Shown here: piece after piece, positions 57,948 to 64,000 of the stretch | Layout: each line of letters opens with the position of its first letter | Position numbering within the stretch: position 1 is the first letter of the stretch | Origin: Methanoregula sp. | GTDB taxonomy: Archaea; Halobacteriota; Methanomicrobia; Methanomicrobiales; Methanospirillaceae | DNA length: 64,000 nt | Assembly (NCBI RefSeq): GCF_035543475.1 | Contig: NZ_DATKKA010000010.1 | Span: 7,363-71,362 of the forward strand | Direction: 5' to 3' | The notes under the pieces: generated by a model | Told to the model about the DNA's origin: nothing | Seen by the model: the letters and a program-made list of their open reading frames with translations, nothing else | Database searches by the model: none | Made by a program: the position numbers and the translations under genes

Positions 57948-59474
57948 ATGCAGAGGACTCATCGTGCGGGGTATATTTTGGCGGCCTGCCTTCTCGTTGC
58001 CGGACTGATAGCACTTTCCGGTTGTACGCAGCAGGGACAGGACCCAACGATCGTAAAGACGGACGCCGGCTATGTGTCAGGAATAAACCAGAACGGCACC
58101 CGGGTGTACCTCGGGATCCCGTTCGCAGCCCCGCCGGTTGGGGATCTTCGCTGGAGGCCTCCGGCCCCGGTCCGGTCCTGGGAGGGAGTGAAAGCGGCAA
58201 CGGCATATGGGGCAACCTGCCCCCAGGCACAAAAAGGCTCCGTGCCGGGAACACCTGCACTGAACATGAGCGAGGACTGCCTGTACCTCAATGTCTGGAC
58301 CCCGGCAACGAACGCGAGCGATAAGCTGCCGGTCATGGTCTTCTTCTACGGCGGAGGATTTACCGGTGTTGAGGGCTCCATGCCCATGTACAACGGGACC
58401 ACCCTTGCGGAGAAGGGGGTTATTGTCGTCACCACGAACTACCGGCTCGGGGCTCTGGGCTTTCTGGCCCACCCGGCACTGGACCTCGAATCAGCGCACA
58501 ATGCCTCGGGCAATTACGGGATCCTCGACCAGCAGGCCGCCCTGGAATGGGTACAGGATAACATCGCCGCGTTCGGCGGAGACCCGTCAAGGGTGACGAT
58601 CTTTGGCCAGTCTGCCGGTGGTGAAAGTGTCTATATCCACCTGGTCTCTCCCGGGAGCAGGGGTTTGTTTTCCCAGGCGATCGTGGAGAGCGGTCCCTTC
58701 CGGGCCCATGGGGCGATCATCAATGCCACACATCCGAAGGATTATGCCGAACAGTTCGGAGTGCAATTCGCCCAAAACCTCGGGTGCTCCGGCCCGGATG
58801 CCATTGCCTGTATGAGGAATGTCAGCCCCGATGCCCTGATCAATGCAACGCCATCGTCGCCTTCAGAGTTCTGGAGCACCCATACCGTCATGTTCGAGCC
58901 CAATGTTGACGGGTGGGTCCTCCCGGACACACTGGACAACCTGTATCTCACGCACCAGGAAGAGCCGGTTCCCTTAATGGTCGGGAACAATGCCAATGAC
59001 GGGACAACGCTCTCTGCGGATGCCAACATGAGCGTTGCGGAATACCGGTTATTCCTTGCGAGCCGGTTCGGCAGCGATGCCGATGCGGTCTTCGCACGGT
59101 ACCCGGCCAATTCCACGGCACAGGTCCAGCTCCAGCTTGCGCAGATCATGGAGAACGAAGATTTTATCGACTCGGTGAAGTTTACGGCAGGGTCGATGAG
59201 TGACATCAGCCCGGACACGTACATGTACCGGTACTCCTACATCATTCCCGGGCAGCCGGAGGGGGCATTCCATGGCAGCGAGCTCGTCCTGCTTTTTTCC
59301 GTCCCCGGGATCAGTACGGATCCGGCAGTGGCCGACAATGTCGTGGACCTCTGGACCCGGTTTGCAAAGACCGGGAACCCGAACGGAGGGATGGATATCA
59401 CCTGGCCGAACTACACGCGGGCACAGGGGCAGTACCTCGATATCAATATCACCCCGTCCGTGAGAGGCCCGTAA
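57948..59474 (+). CDS. type-B carboxylesterase/lipase with lipoprotein-like signal
   Basis: LGIPFAAPP..LRW, EDCLYLNVW, FFYGGGF and a GQSAGG nucleophile elbow. The start was chosen at MQRTHRAGYILAACLLVAGLIALSGC; the listed ORF starts at 57870. Confidence 0.85.
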   Translation: MQRTHRAGYILAACLLVAGLIALSGCTQQGQDPTIVKTDAGYVSGINQNGTRVYLGIPFAAPPVGDLRWRPPAPVRSWEGVKAATAYGATCPQAQKGSVPGTPALNMSEDCLYLNVWTPATNASDKLPVMVFFYGGGFTGVEGSMPMYNGTTLAEKGVIVVTTNYRLGALGFLAHPALDLESAHNASGNYGILDQQAALEWVQDNIAAFGGDPSRVTIFGQSAGGESVYIHLVSPGSRGLFSQAIVESGPFRAHGAIINATHPKDYAEQFGVQFAQNLGCSGPDAIACMRNVSPDALINATPSSPSEFWSTHTVMFEPNVDGWVLPDTLDNLYLTHQEEPVPLMVGNNANDGTTLSADANMSVAEYRLFLASRFGSDADAVFARYPANSTAQVQLQLAQIMENEDFIDSVKFTAGSMSDISPDTYMYRYSYIIPGQPEGAFHGSELVLLFSVPGISTDPAVADNVVDLWTRFAKTGNPNGGMDITWPNYTRAQGQYLDINITPSVRGP

Positions 59475-59608
59475 CGGTTTACTGCATGTACCCTGCCATC
59501 GGGGAAAGGACGGGCGCAATACCGGGCCACAACGGATGACGACACGGTCCGGGCATACAGGGGACGGTGGCATAAAAGAAAGAGAGATATGCCGGCCCCC
59601 TTGCCTGC

Positions 59609-60676
59609 TCAAGGTTCCGGGACTGCAGGAGCCTGCCAGTCCTGGTTGAATTCCATTTCAATCCGGTCGAGGATCGGTTGCTCTGTCACAAGGATCCCCA
59701 GGTTGCGGCTCTGATCCAGGGATTCCGCAGCAAAATACGCCGAACCCACGTACGCAACCTGGCGGGGTGTCCCGTAATCTGCAACCGCCACCTTGGCATG
59801 GATGTACGGCGATGCAATCGATTTTGCCTGGGCACCGCCGGCAGTGAGCGTGGCAAGGGCCGGTGCATTGATGTTCGTCCCGTTGCTGCCCACATTATAG
59901 GCCGCAAGAACCCTTACCGCGACCCCTCGTTTTGTTGCATCGCTGATTGCTCCTATCACCTGAGGGTCAGTTATTGCGTCATTGTAGACATCGAGCGTCT
60001 TTGCAGAACCGTTAATTACGCCGAGGATCTTTTCCCGCGCATTGACCGGGCTCCAGACAAGCGCAGGCTGGTCCGGCGTCACGTTCTTGTAATTCCAGTC
60101 AGCCTCGAACACCTTTTCGATCTCCTGTACTTCTGCCGGGTCATTGGTGATGATCCCGAAATCCCGCGTGGTGCTGAAAAATGTCTGGTCCAGGTTAAGC
60201 GTCATGATGATCGCGACTGACCCGTCTGCAGTGAGCGTCTTCTGGTGGGTGAGGACAAATGCGGGAGACCCGGGCATCATCTGCACGCCGAGCGGGGTGA
60301 GGTTTGCAATCGCATAGTTGTTCGGGTTCGTGACGTTCTCCGCCGCAAACGAGGCATTGTTGTAGATGATCCGTACCGAGACGCCTCGCACCTGTGCTGC
60401 GGCAAGCGCGGTGACGATCTCCGGGTCATCGAGTTGGTAGATGGTGAGCGTGATGGTCTTTTGCGCACCGTTAATCGTTTTGAGGATCAGCGCACGGCCG
60501 TCATTGGACTCCACAAAGATCGTGTGGATACCCGTGTTTCCCGACGACACATTTGCGGTTGTCCCGGCGTTCGCCTGCACGGGGGAAGATGTAGGCCCGG
60601 TACAGCCTGCGGCAACAACCGCAAGCACGGCAAACATGACTGCACCGGCAAGAAGGATCGGCATTCTGGCATTCAT
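59609..60676 (-). CDS. secreted phospholipase D-superfamily protein with two HKD motifs
   Basis: HQKTLTAD and HAKVAVAD (HxKxxxxD twice). N-terminal signal ending AAGC. Confidence 0.85.
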   Translation of the reverse strand: MNARMPILLAGAVMFAVLAVVAAGCTGPTSSPVQANAGTTANVSSGNTGIHTIFVESNDGRALILKTINGAQKTITLTIYQLDDPEIVTALAAAQVRGVSVRIIYNNASFAAENVTNPNNYAIANLTPLGVQMMPGSPAFVLTHQKTLTADGSVAIIMTLNLDQTFFSTTRDFGIITNDPAEVQEIEKVFEADWNYKNVTPDQPALVWSPVNAREKILGVINGSAKTLDVYNDAITDPQVIGAISDATKRGVAVRVLAAYNVGSNGTNINAPALATLTAGGAQAKSIASPYIHAKVAVADYGTPRQVAYVGSAYFAAESLDQSRNLGILVTEQPILDRIEMEFNQDWQAPAVPEP

Positions 60677-60816
60677 TGATTCAGGATATCACTGGCAGGA
60701 CAGAAAAGTCATCCGGTAGATTGCCGGGAACGCACAAAGACTGCGAAACAAGAACGTTCATATCTCTACACTCCGACTATGAACAATCCCCTCTCCATCG
60801 ATCATGTGGTGCTCTT

Positions 60817-61662
60817 ATGAAAAAACCGATCTCCTGTTTCCTTGCCATTGCCGTTCTTCTCTCAGTGATCCTCGCTGCCGGGTGTACGGGCAGCACGACG
60901 ACAAGTACGCCGGCAGTCAGCCCGGCCCCTGCAATAAACGTTACCTCCCTTCCTGTCCAGTACGCCGATGTCAACGGAGTCAGGATCGGGTACCGCGAGT
61001 TCGGGTCCGGCGAACCGCTTCTTATGATCTGCGGGTTCAACGGCACCATGGATACATTTTGGAACGGGACGTTCCTAGGGGTCCTCGCCTCGCAGTACCA
61101 CGTATACATCTACGACAACCGGGGCATGGGGTACAGCAGCGATACGAATGTTACGCCTGAGATCTCCCAGTACTCTGACGATGCAGCCGCCCTGATGCCG
61201 GCCCTTGGGTATTCGAGCATGAACGTGTACGGGGCCTCGATGGGATCCTCGATTGGCCAGCAGCTGGTGATCGATCATCCCGACAGGGTCCGGAAGCTGG
61301 TGCTCGAATCCGTTACCTACAGCATACGGACGCCCGACACCAGAGTGCTCTACGCTGTGATCGCGGCGACCGCTCTCGATCCCGCTGCATCTGCAGGGGT
61401 GAAAAAAGAGGCCGAGGCAAACCTTGCATGGAACGGTACCTGGGACCAGCTCTCGGGGATCAACAAGAGCGTGATGCTTGCGGTTGGTACCGATGATGTC
61501 CTTACGCCCCCGAATGTCACGCACCAGATTGCAGGCCAGATCAACGGGTCGTGGCTTGTGGAGTTCAAGGATCTCCCGCATATCGGTTCGGGGTATGCGC
61601 CGGTTGAATATGGAGAGACCACGCTCACGTTCCTCGGGAACAACGAGACGCCGCCGTACTAA
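60817..61662 (+). CDS. alpha/beta-fold hydrolase with lipoprotein-like signal
   Basis: MKKPISCFLAIAVLLSVILAAGC signal and a GASMGS nucleophile elbow. The internal start was chosen; the listed ORF starts at 60676. Confidence 0.8.
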   Translation: MKKPISCFLAIAVLLSVILAAGCTGSTTTSTPAVSPAPAINVTSLPVQYADVNGVRIGYREFGSGEPLLMICGFNGTMDTFWNGTFLGVLASQYHVYIYDNRGMGYSSDTNVTPEISQYSDDAAALMPALGYSSMNVYGASMGSSIGQQLVIDHPDRVRKLVLESVTYSIRTPDTRVLYAVIAATALDPAASAGVKKEAEANLAWNGTWDQLSGINKSVMLAVGTDDVLTPPNVTHQIAGQINGSWLVEFKDLPHIGSGYAPVEYGETTLTFLGNNETPPY

Positions 61663-61700
61663 ACCCTTTTTTGTAAAAAGAATTGCCGGCATTTTTTTTG
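61663..61700 (+). terminator. double oligo-T terminator after the hydrolase gene
   Basis: T6 (61667-61672) and T8 (61692-61699) runs. Confidence 0.5.
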
Positions 61701-62377
61701 TGAGGGAAAGTCCCGATCGGAAACACTCCTTTGCCGGCTTTCCTTACACCACGCACACCAGGACCATTACGGCCACCACGAGTGCAGCGCCAACAGAGTA
61801 CATTCCCCTGAAGGCAAAAAATCCCCATCCACTCGTACAGTTCACCTCATTTGTGTGCTGATTCGCTGACCGGCATTCCCCTTCAAAATTTCAAATACCC
61901 GGAGATGAGTGAAAATACTTTGGGTCTCACCACGAACCGGGCCTCCACCGGGGAAAAACCGCCGGAAACCCCGCATCTCTTCCACCGGATACCTCCTTTC
62001 CCCGTATAACCGGGCCCGGTTGGCAGATCCGGGGATTTTCCGGAAGAAAACCACTCCCGGATCCCCGTTGCGGGACCGCCCTTATTTTCAGGCCGTATCC
62101 GCGTTCCGGTAGCCGAAACAGTACCGGGTGACCTGTTGGTTGTTCCCGTTTTCGCGGCCAAAGAAAGGCCGCTAAATTGCACGGTCATTTCCCGCTTAAA
62201 ACGGCCTGTTTGACAAAATAACGATTTAAAAGAATATTCGTGGAGTGGATTGGCACCCCTTCCACTGGAACCTGTTGTGAGCGGGTCCTGCCCTGGAACC
62301 CCTCCGACGGAGAACAACTCCCCATTGAACGCAGGTCCGGTTGGGACCCCCTTTTATAAAGGAACCGGAAACAGAGC
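61663..62377. other. 715-bp non-coding spacer between convergent genes
   Basis: No credible ORF. Contains TTCCAC boxes, a TTTTCCGGAAGAAAA box, an AT-rich tract (62195-62240) and the perfect dyad TTCCACTGGAA (62260-62270). Confidence 0.7.
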
Positions 62378-62752
62378 CTACCGGGAGTACGGGTTGACGT
62401 AATCGTCCGGCTTCCACCAATCGAGCTCGCCTACCGAAAGTGTATGGACCCGGAGCCGGCGCCATGCCCGTTCGTGCTGCGTGCGCAGCCAGATCTCTTT
62501 TGGGATCCAGGGCGGGAACGGCAGGGCCCGGACCTCGCGGAGATCGTCCGGGATAATGTCTTCGTAGATCGTCCCGGGATCGATCCGGTACCGGGTCTGC
62601 CGGACACGGACAATGCAGGCCGCCTCAGGTTTGAAGATGAAGAGGTCGTACGCAAGGTCAGCCTGTGTGTTCTCCTGCCACCGGTAGCCCATCCGTTCCG
62701 CGAACTTCTTGGCCTCCTCGATCGCGGCCACCGGTTTTCTCCCGCGGGTCAT
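62378..62752 (-). CDS. hypothetical protein (about 124 aa)
   Basis: MTRGRKPVAAIEEAKKFAERMGYRW... The listed ORF extends to 62845, but that N-terminal extension looks non-native. No recognised family. Confidence 0.55.
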   Translation of the reverse strand: MTRGRKPVAAIEEAKKFAERMGYRWQENTQADLAYDLFIFKPEAACIVRVRQTRYRIDPGTIYEDIIPDDLREVRALPFPPWIPKEIWLRTQHERAWRRLRVHTLSVGELDWWKPDDYVNPYSR

Positions 62753-62961
62753 TCCTGTACAGTGGGAGGCGGGGCGTTGAAGGTTTTGTGGTTGGAGGGG
62801 GATGATGTAAACGGTGTAAGAGTATTTTATCTCCTGACCTCCCATAACGGGTACTGATGTGGTGACGGATGACGCATTGGTCCGTCACGTCCGCGAACAA
62901 TTCCACCGGCAACCACCACCGGATCCGAACCACTCCCTGATCCATTCACGAGGCAATCACC

Positions 62962-64000
62962 ATGCTGCGGGGCCCCAGAGCTATCTTCAAACGGGACTTT
63001 AAAAAATTCTTGAGCACCCCGTTCCTCATCATAGCATCGCTCTTAATCCCCGTGATGTATCTCATCGTGTTTGGGAGCGCGATGGGGGGGACGCTCACCC
63101 ATATACCGGTCGGTGTCGTGCAGGAAGGACCGCCCTATATTGACACGCCGCTCTTCACAAACGGGGCATACCAGCTCAACCATATCAGCCAGGGGAGCGA
63201 CAACGATGCACAAAAACTGCTGGACGTAACGGTTTACACCGACGAGGCGGTGGCCAAACAGGATTTGGCGAACGGGAAGATAGCCGGGGTCGTGGTCTTC
63301 CCGTCTTCGGTTTCAAACGACAATGCCGTCAGGGTCTATGTTGACAGCTCGGATTCTGTCATGCCCCCGGTCATCATCGGTGCGGTAGAGGGGTTCCTGC
63401 AGGGCATCGGTGCGCAGACCACGGTTGTGGTCGACAAGATCTACGGGGATATCACCTATATCCAGTTCTTCGGTGTGGGCGTCATCGTAATGGCCATCTT
63501 TACCTCCACCTCGTTCGGTGGCGGTATCGCGCTCATCAAGGACCGGGAGAACGGCATCCACGAAGGCTACCTTGTGACGCCGGTCAAGCGGACCAGCATC
63601 ATTCTCGGGATCATTTCGAGCGGCACCGTCCGTGCATTCATCGCGGGGACGGTCATCTTCTGGATCGACCTGCTGATTACCGGCATCACGCTCCAGAGTT
63701 TCCAGGACTTCCTGCTCGTGCTCCTCGTGATCCTGATCGTGAGCATCGGGGTGACGAGCTTTGTCGTCTCGTTTGCCTCCCGGTTTTCCTCGCAGCAGGA
63801 GTACGGCCCGGTGATCGCCTTCTTCAACCTCATCCTCTTCATGACCTCGGGGGCGTTCTACCCGGTGATCGGCATGCCGGGCTGGCTGCGCTGGATCACC
63901 GTCATCAATCCGGAGTATTACGGTATCCATGCCCTGCGAAGCATTGTCCTGCGGAACCAGGGATTGAATGTCATAGGAATGGACCTTATTGCCCTCATGA
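62962..64000 (+). CDS. ABC-2 type transporter permease with large extracytoplasmic loop; 3' end runs off the window
   Basis: Absent from the ORF track because no stop lies in the window. The ATG at 62962 gives MLRGPRAIFKRDFKKFLSTPFLIIASLLIPVMYLIVFG...IKDRENGIHEGYLVTP..., the ABC-2 layout. Confidence 0.8.
   Translation, partial: MLRGPRAIFKRDFKKFLSTPFLIIASLLIPVMYLIVFGSAMGGTLTHIPVGVVQEGPPYIDTPLFTNGAYQLNHISQGSDNDAQKLLDVTVYTDEAVAKQDLANGKIAGVVVFPSSVSNDNAVRVYVDSSDSVMPPVIIGAVEGFLQGIGAQTTVVVDKIYGDITYIQFFGVGVIVMAIFTSTSFGGGIALIKDRENGIHEGYLVTPVKRTSIILGIISSGTVRAFIAGTVIFWIDLLITGITLQSFQDFLLVLLVILIVSIGVTSFVVSFASRFSSQQEYGPVIAFFNLILFMTSGAFYPVIGMPGWLRWITVINPEYYGIHALRSIVLRNQGLNVIGMDLIALM

Noticed and set aside
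61702-61714. GAGGGAAAGTCCC, which resembles the RNase P RNA CR-I motif GAGGAAAGUCC
   Set aside because: No other conserved RNase P regions (CR-II to CR-V) or a P4 pairing partner could be found nearby. It sits within a terminator-like oligo-T region.

Overview
GC-rich archaeal chromosomal segment. The gene content suggests a cytochrome-free methanogen of the Methanomicrobiales type. That is an inference from archaeal/eukaryotic-type GlyRS, Hef, UPF0147, PGF-pre-PGF, PKD and PEGA surface proteins, and PAS-rich sensor proteins. Most of the window is ordinary housekeeping: carA-carB, metG, glyS, hef, tRNA-Phe, an rnr-like gene, a riboflavin reductase, a Kef-type antiporter, mscL, ferritin, copA, and many membrane or secreted proteins. 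I found no CRISPR array, transposase, integrase or recognisable defence system, and I cannot claim a clear novel multi-gene system. Points worth a second look:
- Two long gene-free spacers (5238-6199 and 61663-62377) are dense in hairpins and short repeats. The second carries an ORB-like dyad next to an AT-rich tract.
- A structured GC-rich hairpin element occurs as diverged direct copies on both sides of hef.
- A 48-aa TRASH/YHS metallochaperone gene sits directly after copA and is below the ORF-track cutoff.
- A 160-bp in-frame fragment of the downstream antiporter gene is duplicated 1.3 kb upstream of it.
- Two sensor proteins appear to have lost the phospho-accepting His.
- Three lipobox-bearing esterase/phospholipase genes cluster between two ABC-2 permeases that have no ATPase partner.
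- A glutaredoxin gene is paired with an FTR-rubredoxin fusion.
Many long ORFs in the track are antisense shadow ORFs of this GC-rich DNA and were rejected.
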